This document shows, one piece after another, positions 15,325 to 30,386 of a stretch of DNA of 64,000 bases. Made by a program: the position numbers and the translations under genes. The stretch comes from Lytechinus pictus. Its lineage: Eukaryota. The stretch covers positions 39,992,001 to 40,056,000 of the forward strand of contig NC_087251.1 of assembly GCF_037042905.1 (NCBI RefSeq). Reading direction: 5' to 3'. Numbering within the stretch: the stretch's first letter is position 1; each line of letters opens with the position of its first letter. A model generated the notes under the pieces. The model did not search any database. It saw nothing but the letters and a program-made list of their open reading frames with translations, and was not told the DNA's origin.

Positions 15325-18300
15325 TTTACTAGATATTGAAAAAAGGATTTGCAACGTAATATCAAATTTCTGCCATATTTTGGGGATTTTGTATCACTCA
15401 TCGAAATGACTGATAATTCGAAGTCTTAACCACACTTGCTTATAAATTTGGTATATGTTGGTACACTGATAGTCAATGTAAATGATAATACAGTTATCAC
15501 CTTACTAAACTTCAACGATTCTATTGGTAGGATTTTAATAGAGTGAGCAAGGCGATGCTAACAAGCATCGCTAACAATTGCTAGGCGAGAAGGCCTTCCA
15601 ATGGCACGCTCCGCTGAGTTGAGGTGGTTAACATACATGTGTAGCGAGAGTTTTTTATTTGTCAATTTCACTTTTAGCTCTGGCCTGGGTCTTTATTAGT
15701 GACTGAAGGTAAGATAGGCATAAACGAAATCCATGCATCAATAAAATCAATATTTTGTTATAAGCACTCCACAGATCAATAAAGACTGGTACCTGAAACC
15801 ATACCATTGGGAGAGAAGGGGATATATATGTATAGATATATATTCAGTATACAGTTATAGTATGCACTGCAATTACATTGCTATCATCTCATAGAGACAG
15901 ATTATTTACAATATATATATATCACAAACTCTTCAAACAGAGAAAACCAAAAAGCATGAAGTATATATATACCACATAAAATGGTTATTGACAGGCACGA
16001 AAAATCCATTCAGTCAAAATAAAAGCTAACACAGTGGAGTGATTACTAGCAACGAGGACTACATGTAATAACCTACTAAATATCCACATACATATATATA
16101 TGTACACTGACGGCAAGAACAGAAATCCTGCTACACCAAACTTCCAATAAAACCCACAAATTATATGAACACATTTTCAGATAACAAATGAGCTGAGACT
16201 GGTAGGACTGCAAAAGAGCTAATCTCATCAATCTCCTAAGAGTAGACATGTACCCCAAAAACAGGCTTTTCACACGCATCAGACCAAGAGTGAAAGGCAA
16301 AACACACTAAGCAGTTAAAATCTTTATATAAGGCTCATTTTTCATGGGTTCTTAGTGTCTTTTTATTTTGAAAAGTCTCTATCTAAGAAGTCCTTATCGG
16401 TTAGATAAAAAGGTGTCAAATTAGCTCATTTAGGAATTAAGTACATAAACAGAGATAGATGTCAAATACATCTAGTGTGGTATCATGGTATTGCAGGAAT
16501 ACCTAACATCCAGCATGGTTAGCCTATTGTCATGATTGTCTCTGCACTGTTTTTGGGGGAACCTGAAATGCTTGTTTTTCATCGACTCATCAAATTGGTA
16601 GAAATATATTTTCAGACAATTTTTTCCGAACATGCAACCGCGTCATTCAAATTTTATGCATAAAATGTCTCATATGGAGAGGAAAAGATGAATATATATT
16701 CAAGTTATGAAATTTGTTTACTGAATAGATAGCTGTAAAAGCCAGAGAAACTCACTCAAAATTGTAATTTGCTTGTGCAAATGAAAATTTGGTAGCACCA
16801 CTTTCCATTGTTCTAACTGTCATGTGTGCATTATGAACGTTGAGCTGGATCTCAAATGAAAGAGAAGAAGCATATCTTTCCAATCATGTACATGTACATT
16901 TCATGAAGCAAATTTATGATCATGATCTTTCTTAGGAAAAGATTGCACCGAATCAATCACGGTTTCCTTTTTCTGGGACGCACTGTACATCGGGGTGTAG
17001 GGGTAATACCATGTTAACACAATAAACACATCAGTTGATCAGTGCTCCCTGCTCCATCCCAGGAAAGATGCATAATTGGATTGACTGATGATTAAAATAA
17101 TGAGGTTAAGTATGTGAGTATGATATGATAAGTTGGGCTCCTTTTAAAATGTGACGGTTACCAATTATTTCTGACAAAGAGGCATCATGCAGCCAGGCTC
17201 ATTTTAGTCATGGTTGTCCATCATACAGTACTAATGTGATATATTCTGACCTTTATCTTCTGGAGCGAAGAAGGACTACACATTTCTGAGTATGTGCTGT
17301 CATTAACACAACTTGTGGTAATTCATCAAGCACTTTTTCCAGAGCATAACTGAAACTACCGTACATGTAAACTTAATACCAGTTCTCTCTAGGTAGTGAT
17401 TGATGGTGGAAATATTTTTTTTTTGTCTTTGGTCTATCTTGGTTTCTTCCTACTTGCTGAACTGCCTGGATGTTGCTAGAAAGAATCACATGTCATTGAA
17501 GTAAACCATGACCATACACAGGCGCGGGGGGGGGGGGGGGGGGTGACAGAGGGAAAAATTTGAAAACTTGCTTTTTTTTAAATTAAAATTTACAAAAAAT
17601 TCACTTAAAGTATGCGTGTAATCTTTCAATTAAATACAAAAAGGCCCCAATAATAAGCTTGTTCCTTCACTCCCTCACTTTCAAGTTTGTTTTGTTTTTT
17701 TTTCGAAAAAGTTTTTGCATCCTGCAGACCTGCACCCCCCTCCCAGCATAAAATTCAGTGAACATCTATGAAGTAAAAGCAAGGAGATATCATATCTCCT
17801 TGGTAAAAGTAAGACAGTGGAGCATTTTTTAGCATACTCAATCCATGTACCAGTCCAGACAGAGGCATTGATTCTGGGGGATGGGGGAGGGGGGCGATCA
17901 CCCCACCAATGAAAAGAGGGGAGCGCGCGGAGTAATAATAATTCTGTACTGTTCTATTGTTGTAAAAAACAAATTTTATATTGTGTTTAATTTGCCGATT
18001 GCTGTGTAACATTACAATTCAATTTTATTTTTGCACTACCAGAATTATTGGGGGGGGGGGGAATATTTTCATTGGTGGGGCGATCACCCCCTTGCCCCCC
18101 CCCTTCCACCAGGATCGACACCTCTGCGTGGTGCGCACATACACTTAACGCGTAAAAAGCTTGCGCTTGGTTGCGCTTGGGTTTGAATAGCTGGAAATGC
18201 GTATGCAATGGCTGCGCCACGCATTATCTACAATGCGTTGGTTCACAAACTGGTTTCGACCAGATTTCGCAAATACTGAAATTATAATCGGCTTCTACTG

Positions 18301-18460
18301 GGAAATGCACTAGCAGAAATATGGCCAAAATTGCACTCTGTTTTTGAACAGTAATCATATAGGCAAAGAGAGAACAACTTCTGATCTTGGCCGCGGTTCA
18401 CGCATTTGCGTCGAAATTTGGAACGCACATTCTTTCCCACATAAACTACAAGTCAGTATA

Positions 18461-19820
18461 AACTAGAAATTTGACGTGTCCAAAGGACACAGATGCCCCC
18501 GCTAAACGCGATGAGAAATTCATTCAATATGATTAAACTTAATATCGTGCAGAAACCAATGTAATTCAGACCTTTGAACCAACTCGCATATTTAATGAGT
18601 TGTGACCTTTGACCTGCGGACTCCGAATTTGTACTTAGCCTTTATTTTGGTGTCATCTACCTACACACCAACATTTTTAAAAATCCATTAAATATTTTTC
18701 GAGTTATTGCGCGGAAACCAACTCGCATATTCAATGAGCTGTGACCTTTGACCCGTGGACTCCGTATTAAAAATAGCCTGTATTTTGGTGTCATCTACCT
18801 ACACACCAAAATTTTTTAAAATCCATTAAATATTTTTCGAGTTATTGCGCGGAAACCAACTCGCATATTTAATGAGCTGTGACCTTTGACCTGTGGACTC
18901 CGAATTCGAACATACAGTGTAGCCTGTATTTTGGTGTCATCTACCTACACATTGAATTTTTTTTTAATCCATTAAATATTTTTTGGGGTTATTGTGCGGA
19001 AACCAACTCGCATATTTAAAGGACAAGTCCACCCCAACAAAATCTTGATTTGAATAAAAAGAGAAAAATTCAACAAGCATAACACTGAAAATTTCATCAA
19101 AATCGGATGTAAAATTAGAAAGTTATGGCATTTTAAAGTTTCGCTTCATTTCACAAAACAATTATATGCACATCTCGGTCGGTATGCAAATGAGGAACTG
19201 ATTCTGACATCACTCACTCACTATTTCTTTTGTATTTTATTATATGAAATATGAAATATTTTAATTTTCTTGTCAGTCATGTGAAAGGAAGTTTCATTCC
19301 TCCCTCAACACATGGAATTCCATTATTTTAACATTTTGTGCTTCAGGCAAGGAGGTCCTAATCGTCAAATTCATAAAAATTTAAATATTGTATAATTCAA
19401 ACAATAAAAAACAAAAGAAATAGTGAGTGAGTGACATCATCGACTCTCTCATTTGGATGTAACTGGCTCGTTCATATAACTATTTTGTTAAAAATAAGCG
19501 AAACTTTGAAATGTCATAACTTTCTTATTTTACATCCGATTTTGATGAAATTTTCAGCATTGTGCTTGTCTGATTTTTCTCTATTGATTCAAATCAACAT
19601 TTTTCTGAGGTGGACTTGACCTTTAATGAGTTGTGAGTTGTGACCTTTGACCTGCGGACTCCGAATTCGAACTTAGCCTGTATTTTGGTGTTATCTACCT
19701 ACTCACCAAATTTTTTTTAAATCCATTAAATATTTTTTGAGTTATTGCGCGGAAACAAAGTGGGGGGACGGACAGGGGCAACGCTTAATGCTCTGGACTT
19801 CGTCTGCGGGGGCATAAAAA
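18461..19820 (+). mobile_element. HINE-like family E with about 140-bp core repeats
   Basis: AACTAG start; sub-TIR ATGCCCCCGC / GCGGGGGCAT followed by an A-run; GGACGGACA microsatellite remnant. Confidence 0.65.
19020..19622. mobile_element. Kolobok-like MITE, complete
   Basis: TTAA duplication; the empty site CATATTTAATGAG is seen in neighbouring core repeats; termini AGGACAAGTCCACC...GGTGGACTTGACCT (RR...YY). Confidence 0.8.
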
Positions 19821-21898
19821 AATGAAAATAATTTTATTTATTATGAATAAAATATGTAAATATACTAGTGAAAAACATTATGTGCATATTTTATTTTCAT
19901 ACTATTCACTTCATTCATCCTAGCTACTACATTCTTAGCAATAGATACAATGTATGCATTTTAAAGAAATTTTTTAAACTTCACTTTACGACATCGCTTA
20001 TAAACATAAAGGGCCAAAGGGCGATTCCATATGTGTTGTACAGGACATTTTTACAATAATTTCTAGTCTCTCTAGCTGATTGCTTGAGCAATAAAAATGT
20101 ATTTTTGGTCAATAATAAAGTTTTAGTGGGTACATGTATATGTGAAAAGCTGATTACCAACAAAGAATGTTTGATTATTGTAAAGATAAAGATGTTGTGA
20201 GTCATAAAGGACTCTAAAATGTCCTGAACAGCACGCAAGATTTTCAACTCTAATTCACCCATTGACAACACATTTTTGTTGGTTGTCATTTTTTCACATG
20301 ACTACCCAGTAGAACTTTATTGTTACCACAAAACAAATTGAAAATCCTTGTTTGTTTGGACAGGCGGTTGAAAGATGTTGGGAAAATGGCTGATTGTTCT
20401 GCATGAAATCACCCCATAAAGACATAGCTTTCACTATGCATGAACACCATATCCTACAGAGATTTAAGCTTGCATTCTACTAGGAACAGGCAGTAATACT
20501 GTAATAGTAATGTACCATACATATATGTATTAGTAATGAGAAAACATGGAGGTGACAGTTAAAAATAATTTCTTTCTAATATAAGCTCATGCAAATTAGT
20601 TTCACATAAAAACAAGATTATAAAATATTAATTTCCACAGATCTGGCCATTAACGTTGGGGCATGGAAGGAGCCCGGCTTTCGAGCGGTATCCATTGCTG
20701 ACACCAAAGGGCGCTCTCGATCTAGTCTCTGAATAATTTGCGCGCGCTAATCGAAGTTGTTTACATTTCGTTACACTCGTCGGCTGCGCTACACAGAAAT
20801 GACAGGGTACGTGGGACATGTGCCGATCATTTCCAGAGAGAGTCGAAACGACTGTTTACCTTTACCTTTACCCGAGATTCTGGAAGAATGCTGATGATCC
20901 CAGCAGTCGTTGAAGATATGATCGACTTGAAAAGGATACTTTTAAAATGCTTCCTTCTTTCCACTCAAATCAAAGACTTTATCAATCACAATTCACATGT
21001 CGCATGCCGCAAAACATTTGAAGAACGACGGGGCTGGGGAGGGGATAGCGCGCGCTATGACGTAATTTGACAGCTGGCGAACAGACCGCGACAGGTTCGA
21101 AAGCTTGTGTGCGTTTACATCTACGAATCGGTGGACCGGGGCCGGCCCGATACCTACCCGAGACTACCTCTGGATGTGGTCTCGGGTAGGTTCGCTAAAA
21201 GGTGGCCCGAGGTAGGTTTGGGATGTTTACATCTGATTTCTTTCCGACTCGAGGTACATGTAGGCCCCGGGCCGACCCGAGGTAGGGAATCTCTCAGATG
21301 TAACAGGGGTCTTAGTTAGATTATTTGGGAATAAATATGCGCTCAGTTCACGTATGGAAGTAAATTGTCACATTATCTTGCTGTTAATCATATTTCCATG
21401 ACATAGCAGCTTCCAATTATTGCTATTTTAGCTCTCATCCCAGACCGGCTTGGCATGGGGAAATCCCCCCCCCCCCCAACTCGCCGGGCTCCGAGTTCCA
21501 GCCCGGCATGGCTCTCAACATTAATGGCCATCACACATGCATGAAAGGAAGTTAGAAGGATTGTGCTTCAGTTAAAAATGAAAAAAAGAAGAAATTTTAA
21601 ATGTTAGTCAGTACCATATCATGTCAAGGATTGAAAACTTCCACATTTATACAGACATGAAGTAATTTGTTCTTTTCATTGTTTGGTATTTTGGGGGATA
21701 CCTAACTTTCACAAATAAAGCGTAAATTTTAGGACCAATTTTCAATTGAATTTCCCTGTGAGGAAATTCATTCAGTAGGCCTATCTGGCATGACAATCAT
21801 AAAAGGATATTAACACTACATGTAATTAAACATCTTTTAATCTGTTCATTTCTTCTGTATATCTCGTTTTTACAAAGCTACTGTAGCTACAGTCTTAA

Positions 21899-23177
21899 AG
21901 GTCAAGTCCACCCTAGGAAAATGCTGACTTGAATAAATAGAGAACTAGCACATCAATGATGTGGAGCTCATCCGGCATCTCGCAACGAAATTTAATACAA
22001 TTTTAATTTCAGTCCAGTTGACACTGTAGTGAATTATATTGGTGACATAAATTGAGGATATAGAATTGAAATTGAAGAAATTAAATAGAAGCATTTTTTG
22101 TGATCTACGAATAAATTTCATATAAATTAAGCATAAATAATTTTCTAGTCAAAATTTCTAAACTCTGTGTAGAACCTTGGTGAACCTCATGAAGCTCTCA
22201 GATGGAAGAAAAAAAAATCAAAATCGGTCAACTATTATAGAAGAAGAAGCATTTTATGTGAAGTTTTAAATTATGCATAAATTAGCATATTTAATGAGTT
22301 TCAACATTCTGTGTAGAAATTTTGAATCCCCCACCTAATGCTATCATATAAAGCAAACAAAATTGAAATCAGACTTGAAATGACGAAGAAGAAGCATTTT
22401 GAAATTCAGTCAACAAATAAAGAAGAGGCATATTTTCTGTGATTTATGAAAAATGCACATAAATTAGCATATTTAATGAGTTTCAAAATTCTGTGTAAAG
22501 TTTTGAATCCCCCACCTAGTGCTATCATATAAAGCAAACAGAATTGAAATCAGACTTGAAATGGCGAAGAAGAAGTATTTTGAAATTGTGGACAGACGAC
22601 AGACGACAGTGACGGACGACAGACACCACGTACGCCACGGCATAAGGGCCAGATGGGCTAAAAATCAAACTAGCATAGTGCTGAAAATTTCATCAAAATC
22701 AGATGTAAAATATGAAAATTATGACATTTTAAAGTTTCGCTTATTTTTCACAAAACAGTGATATGCACAACTAGGTGAGTCAGTCGATGATGTCCATCAC
22801 TCACTATTTCTTTTGTTTTTTATTGTTTGAATAATACAATATTTCATTTTTTATAGATTTGACAGTAAGGACTAACTTGACTGAACCATATAGTATCAAA
22901 CAATGATAATTCCACAAGTTTAGGGAGGAATTAATCGTTGTATCACTTGACAATGAGAAAATTAGAATATTTCATATAATAAAATACAAAAGAAATATTG
23001 TGTGGATGACGCCATCAGTCTGCTCATTTGATTAGCGACCAGGATGTACATACATGTATAACTGTTTGTGAAATTAAACAAAATTTTAAAAATGTCATAA
23101 CTTTCTTATTTTAAATCCGATTTTGATGAAATTCTCCTTTTATTCAAATTAACTTTTTGCTTGGGTGGACTTGTCCT
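21899..23177. mobile_element. Kolobok-like MITE with a nested HINE-like family B element (about 21944-22665)
   Basis: TTAA-AGG...CCT-TTAA. The insert has sub-TIR AGCTCATCCGGC/GCCAGATGGGCT and a GACA/GACG microsatellite. A second family B copy is at about 4341-4960. Confidence 0.75.
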
Positions 23178-23479
23178 TTAAAAACAACTAATAAATATCA
23201 TGTGAAAGGAAAGGATGGGAATTTCAAGTTCCATTATGTTGCTGGTGTTGGTGTTGGAATCACCATTTCAATTGCTATTCCTAGCTCCAAAACTAATCTG
23301 ATATTACAAAGATAATCCAAATCACACAACCAATAGTTCAACACCCAGTGGGACTTGTCCCACTCTTGTTGTTGCTTTGGTGCAATGCTGATGTAAAAAT
23401 GGTCCCTTCACCAATACTAAAAGCAGAACATAAAATCACCTATTGCATATTTGAAGAAAAAAAATCGTCTTCAGCTTAC

Positions 23480-23783
23480 CAATAGTGGTGACGACAGTCC
23501 CCGAGAAGAAGAAGGCACTACTGAAATCCCAGTTTGACGGACTGGTCCTGTTGCCATCCATGGTGACACCACTGCTCCTAGCCTGGAGCAAAATACTGGT
23601 GAAGTTCATCAGAACGTCTTCAGTAAGGCAGGAAAAGGTCTCCAGAAACTCGCTACGGATGGCCACGAGATCAAGCCGTACATTGTCTTCATGTTCTTGT
23701 TCCAGGAAATGGAACACGACAGCACCGAGGAGGAGGTAGACGAAGAGGAGGAATGTGAGGATGGAAAGTCGAAGTCCATTCAT
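23480..23783 (-). CDS. Two-pore domain K+ channel (K2P/KCNK, TALK/TREK-like), coding exon 1
   Basis: ATG at 23783 with an in-frame TGA upstream. Encodes TM1 (LTFLLFVYLLLGAVVF), a cap with Cys (FSCLT) and pore helix 1 (SNWDFSSAFFFSGTVVTTIG). Phase-1 donor G|GTAAG at 23479 splits the TIG^YG filter. Confidence 0.93.
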
Positions 23784-24745
23784 CGTAATTTCTGGAATGT
23801 ATCACTATACTCTGCACAATCAAAGTCTTTGAACTTTTCTTGATCGAGTCCACAAATTGGGTGAGTCTGAATTGGTTTCAGAAAAACTGATCAAAGTGCA
23901 CATTGAACATCTAACATCCAGGTTGCTCATGAAGTCGTTGCATCTCCCTATATAGATTTAATGAAGAAAAACTTAAATCAGTATGCCTGCTGGTTATATC
24001 TTGTCAAATATTATTAGATTAGATGCAAAAATTAAGCTATACCACTTTTCATATTTCTCCTTTCTCCTCTTCTTTTCTTTCTATTCTAAATTTTCAGATT
24101 CTATAAGTCTATTAGCATTTGTGTGCTTTGTCTGCATGTTGCATTTTTACTTTTACATCTTTTTTAATATGTACTTTAGTGCTGTAGCCCAAACCGCCGA
24201 ATTAAACGGAAGTTCACCGAACATAAAGGCCTGGGGCGGTATTCTGAGGTCATTTTATTTTATCTCTTAAAATGAAATTGGTATTCTGAGATGACATTTT
24301 ATCTCTCAGATAAAATTTTAGATTTTATCTTGCGTATAAATTTTTTCTTGCGTATCTTTAGATGATACGCAACAGAGCAGTGCCTGCGTAGACATACCCA
24401 TCGCGTATCTGGCCATTGCAACGCGGATGATGTGCTTGCGCCCATATTACTTTGAAGCCAGATAAAACGAACTTAAAAGAGGGTAGGGGCTGTTTTATCT
24501 CCGCGACGTTGATTTCATCATTATTTCTAGGTGAATTAACTCCAAATGTTGACATGAAAATGAAGAAAAATTATATATTTATTGAGAATAACACCTTAAC
24601 ATTATTCCTGTACAATCAGGAATTATTTCATAAGACTTTTCTTGACTAATATTGTCTTTGAAATGATGCTTGAAAAGATGCGGTTTAGACTTCGAAAAAA
24701 ATATTAGAGTATTGTCATTTTTTAAAACAGAAATCTAAAATGGCT

Positions 24746-25130
24746 AAAAAATCAATGACCTTAAATAACCTTTGACTTTGGTCATGTGACCTGTTACTCG
24801 CATGAGATGTTCAGTGATATTTGATGACTTTTATGTCCAAATTTTATACAATACACTTACAGAGATATGATGGTAATTCAACAGATACCCCCAATTTGGC
24901 CAAAGTTCATTGACCCTAAATGACCTTTGACCTTGGTCATGTGACCTGAAACTCAGGCAGGATGTTCAGTAATACTTGATTAACCTTATGGCCAAGTTTC
25001 ATGAACTAGGTCCATATACTTTCTAAGTTATGCTGTCATTTCAAAAACTCAACCTTTGGTTAAGATTTGGTGTTGACGCTGCCGCCGCCGTCAGAAAAGC
25101 AGCGCCTATAGTCTCACTCTGCTATGCATA
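24746..25130 (+). mobile_element. HINE-like family C, partial
   Basis: Core repeat, GCC tract and 3' hairpin. Other + strand fragments at about 3840-3897, 6795-6905, 10580-11127 and 27932-28135. Confidence 0.65.
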
Positions 25131-25653
25131 TGAGAGAACAATTGGAGAACAGTTAGTAGCTGTTCGAATCCAATGATTTTCTTTTAAAAATATAACAAAA
25201 CTTTACCTGATTTCAAATGCCTGTCATTTTTCTAAAAAAGTGGAATTAATAATTCACCACCGTTATCAGTTAGGAAAAATCCTAGGAAATGTACTAAGAT
25301 GTTTTTTAAAAAAAAATTAAAATTATTAAAGTGGATACGAAAATAAGGATTTTGCAATGTTATATCAAATTTCTGTTATATTTTCATCAATTTTGGGATT
25401 GCTTCAAAATCTTATCCACACTTGCTTGTAAATTTGGTATATGTTGGTACACTGATAGTCAATGTAAATGATAAACATTCTTAGCCTTACTAATCTACGA
25501 TTCCATTGTTTTAGGATTTTAATATCGCAGGTCTACATTTTGGAAAGTGAGCAAAGTGATGCTAAAAATGTCGCTAACGATATTGCTCGGCGAGAAGGCC
25601 TTTCAATGGCGCGCTCCGCTGAGTTGAGGCCTCGAACATACGTGAAGTCCTCA

Positions 25654-26875
25654 TAGTATTCTAAGAATCGATCAAGAATACCAATCACCAAATACTCGGT
25701 AATGATTTTATAGGTGTGGCAAGAGCGAACAAAAAGTTAGGAGTTAACAAAGTGAAAGAAGTGGTCATGCCCAACATGTTTAAACACCAAATAGATATAG
25801 ATTGCCATTTGGTGAACCAGCCATTGGAAGTTATCACAAAAGAGCAGACATTACCATAATCAAGCATTTTTTTTTTACAAAGAGTTGATTATTCAACTGG
25901 AAATCGATAGTAAAATAGACGAATGTTGAATAATGATGCAAGCATGCTTGGCATGATCAAGAGCTAATAACACGGATCTTTACTCATTTTTATAATTGGG
26001 TTATGTTAATGTTACAAGAATAAAGGAGTAGGTCAAGCATGGCAATCAAAACTGAAGACATTTGTAGTTAATGATTTGCATATCTTTACACTCTTTTATC
26101 ATAATAACCTCCAAGATACTAAAACATGTGAGGGATATGGCATGCGTGGCATGATAAGTGAACATATTTGAGCACAAGTCCTATTAGTATTCTAAGAATC
26201 GATCAAGAATACCAATCACCAAATACTCGGTAATGATTTTATAGGTGTGGCAAGAGCAATGAATTGAAAGAAGGGGCCATGCCAAACATGTTGAAATATC
26301 AAATGGATAATAGAAAAGGAAGATTACCATTTTGGTGAAACCAGCCATTGAAAGTTATTATCACCACAAGGCAGAAATTGCCTTTTCAAGCAAATTGTTT
26401 TAACAAAATGTTGATTATTCAACTTAAAATCCATAGTAAAAATGACAATAAAAAGTGATGCAAGCATGCTTGGCATGATCAAGAGCAAATAAGCACATAT
26501 CTTTTTTATAATTGGGTAATGTTAATGTTCCAAGAATAAAGGAGTAGGTCAAGCATGGCAATCGAAACTGAAGACATTTGTAGTTAATGATTTGCATATC
26601 TTTGGCACTATTTTATGATCTCGCAAGATAATAAAACATGTGAGGGATATGACATGCATGGCTTGATAAGTTAAAGTAATTAAGCACAGGACCTTTTTGT
26701 ATTCTGATAAACAAACAGGAATACCAATCACCAAATTCACAGTTGGCCTAATTATTTTATAGGTGTGGCAAGAGCGAACAAAAAGTAGGAGTTAACGAAT
26801 TGAAAGAAGTGGTCATAGATTGCCATTTGGTGAAGCCAGCCATTGGAAGTTATCACAAAAGGGCAGACATTACCC
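25654..26875 (+). repeat. Diverged tandem repeat, period about 520-530 bp, about 2.3 copies
   Basis: GAATACCAATCACCAAAT...TTTTATAGGTGTGGCAAGAGC recurs at about 25676, 26206 and 26719. Confidence 0.8.
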
Positions 26876-29199
26876 CATTTCCCTGCTATAACTATAGATA
26901 AAACGAATGAAAACTTGTTTTATAGCCGAGGAAATTTATTCTTCATATTGAAGCCAAGGAGATCTCAGTGTGTCAACATTTCACAACTCATGGGGAAATA
27001 ATATAATAATCATTTTTGATGATTGAAAAAAAAATGTGCCCAGTTCCCACTGTCACAATTTTTTTTTGGTGGGGGTGCTGAAGTAAATTTGATAAAGCAA
27101 AAGAAAAAAAAAGGCTCCAATACAAAGTGTTGGTCATTTTCCATACATTTCTCAAATTTTACACACCTACCAGAATTCCAGGGGGAGCTGGGTATGGAAA
27201 ATAATACATGCAGCACCCCCTTGTAAAATCCTGGGGGTGCTTCAGCACCCCCAGCTTCCCAAGGTCACATAATCACAGAGTAATTAATCGTATCAGATCA
27301 GTCGAGGCGATCGTAAAACTATCCAACTATTCTCGCAATCAGTTATAAAAAGCCAGTCATGGCGTTCATGATGGATTGCATTACTGTGGTAACAAGAATA
27401 TTTTTGGGCGGGGAAAGTAGCCTACTTCCCAAAGTGGTGATGACTTTCGAAACAAAAAAATGAAATTTGTGTTTGAAATTTTTGGGCAAACCCCTTCTGG
27501 CGAGGTTTAATGGGTATATGCTATTTCTGATGTACTTAATTTATGGTTATGTGATGCACATGAAAATATAATATAACTCCAGGGGGGCCAAGGAGAATAC
27601 AGTAATAGTTCTGAATCCTCACTGAGAGACACTTCGATCTGCAAAAGTGAAGGCAAAGCAGTCATGGGGCAAGCAAAAAGTAATACTTCCTTGAATAGGC
27701 ATACCATAATAAAGTTGGAGAGAATATTGAAAGAAAGAGAAATATAACATTGAAAATGCGAACATAAGGAATACACACGACCTAGGAATTGTATAATGAA
27801 CAAAAAATACAGAAAGATGTTAATATGAACAATACTAAAACTATGAACATATAAAATAGACAAAATACAATGATTAACGGAAAATGTTTTAAGTTGAATT
27901 TAATTTCAACCAGTGGCGTGAATAATGAATATAACAAGTGGAGCGCCTCTGGCAGTCTCACCTGCATTACGCGATTCAATATTAGCAGCTGTGCTGACTT
28001 TGAAAACTACTATAAAATAATTATTCACAAAAAACACCATTCATATAATAAACAATACTACGTTCATTGACCCTAAATTATATTTGACTTTGACCATGTG
28101 ACCTAAGGCTTGGCAGTGATACTTGATTACCCTATGTCGAAGTGAAACACAATGTTCTTGCAATCTAAAAGAAGTAGTTTTATTTTACAGCAGAAATTTG
28201 AAGAGTAACACCTGTTAAAGGCATTTATGTTTACGTAAGAATTTAGGAATCTCTAAGAATTCTTATGGTTATGCGGAGTAATCTTGATTTTTAAGGAGAT
28301 TATCGAGAGGGAATTATTCACTTGTCATCCTGTGTACACTACGAATCTCATATCTTGCTTTGTGTGCCATGACGTCATGCTTCGCAACTTGTAGCGTTTG
28401 TTCTTAGCTGAGTAGTTTCAGGTGAAGGGGTTTTCAGCAGCAATTCAGCTGAAAACTAGGGTACATTGCTAGTTTTTGTTTTGTGAAATTAAATCAAATT
28501 GGAGAAAAACACTTTGTTATTTTCGGCCATTGTCAATATTATACTAGTGTATTCTAAAAGCAAATGCACAATAAATTCAGTGTGGAGCTGTACTTATGCC
28601 CACATAAATAATGAGGGTTTATCCGTCGAGTCGGGTCTTTTACATATAGACCAAGTAATGATCGGCTCAGTATGCCATTACGAGTTTGAGATATTATAAT
28701 TTCCAATTTAAATCAAAGAAATGATTAAAACATGAATATATGTAAAGAGATGCACGTTTTGGGTGTTTAGGCTTATACATCTGCTGGGTGTGTAGTGTAT
28801 TGTAGCCATTCAAATATGGCGCGCCCATGTACTTCGGGATTTAATGTTTGAATTTCAAAGATGTGAAGATTTAATTGAGGATTATATTCAATAAAAATTG
28901 CTATGAAATTTTTAATGAAATTTATACTTCAGATACAGTATGAAGTGACATGAGGTTTAATCGCCATTTAGACTCAGATTTTTCATTATACATGTACAAT
29001 GTGAATACTTCCTTATATTCTATGTATATTTGAGATTTGTTTTAAGAAAGCAAGGTACTTTATAAGCATGTGTTTTAATAAGTGACTTTGGAGTTATAGT
29101 CAGAGCAATGGTTGATTGAATAACTTAACTGGGTTATTAATGTAATGATATTGGAGTTACAAGATAGTATTAATTAGTTACTTGATTCTTTGAAATTAA

Positions 29200-29774
29200 A
29201 GGGGAATGAAACCTTTGGAACAAGTAGGCTTGTGTCGAAACAGAAAAATCAAAGAATAAGAACAAAGAAAGTTTGAGAAAAGTCGGACAAATAATGAGGA
29301 AGTTATGAGTATTTGAATATTGCAATCACTAATGCTATGGAGATCCTCCTATTGGCAATGCGACAATGATGTGTGATGTCACATGTGAACAACTTTCCCT
29401 TTGATGGACTATAAAATACCCTCAAAATGTCTCTATTTGCTTTTTCTTATGGTGATACAAACTCTTTATCCATGGTGTATTCTTTAAAAGGCTGTATTAT
29501 ATGCCCTCCTATAGAAAGAACACATGATCTACTGATAGATGTGATAAAAGAGGCAATTTAAGTGAAATATATACTAAAGTAATGGGGAGAGTTGTTCACA
29601 AGTGACATCACACATCTTTGTCACATTGCCAATCTATAACATTAGTGATCGCAATATTCAAATGCTCATAACTTTATCATTATTTGTCCGATTTTGCTCA
29701 AACTTTCGTTTATCTGTTTCTTTGATTTTTCTATTTTCACACAAGCTATCTAGTTCCAAAGGTTTCATTCTCCT
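29200..29774. mobile_element. Kolobok-like MITE related to 8167-8750
   Basis: TTAA-AGGGGAATGAAACCTTTGGAAC...GTTCCAAAGGTTTCATTCTCCT-TTAA; palindromic interior. Confidence 0.75.
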
Positions 29775-30386
29775 TTAAGCTGGCAACCCTGATAGTTTCT
29801 CAATGTCCTGCCAGTGTTTTCCCTGTAGTGATGTTGGTGTCCTTTCTTTGTTGACGCTGGGTAAGCATGCTATACATCTTGAGGGGTAATTGTATTTTAA
29901 GTCCTGAAGTTATTTGAACTTTTGATTTATGTACAAAAGATATTGTTTTGGGTCATATAAAGTTGTTGCAGTGGAAATTGAAGTTATTACATAACTGACT
30001 GAACTTTCTGTGATTCATGCGTAGAAGTTATATTTGGTCACTGTAAACTTGAGTTTTAGTATCCTTTTCTGCATTTTGCCTTGTTATTAAAGGACAAGTC
30101 CACCCCAACAAAAAGTTGGTTCAAATGAAACGAAAAAAATCAACAAGCATAACACTGAAAATTTCATCAAAATCGGATGTAAAATAAGAAAGTTATGACA
30201 TTTTAAAGTTTCGCTTAATTTCACAATTTAACAGTTATATTCACATCCTTGTCGGTATGCAAATGAGGAGACTGCTGATTCTTCAATTCTTTATTCCATT
30301 TCCATTCAAAACAAAATACAAAGTAATATAAAGTAATACAAATCAAGTACAATTTAACAGACGAGCATTCTTACTTCGTAAAACAA

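Noticed and set aside
16076..16300. Possible LINE C-terminal fragment
   Set aside because: No diagnostic motif recognised.
17521..17545. Long poly-G runs (also at 31.2, 34.1, 47.6 and 48.1 kb) as G-quadruplex regulators
   Set aside because: They occur mostly at MITE termini, and homopolymer lengths are unreliable.
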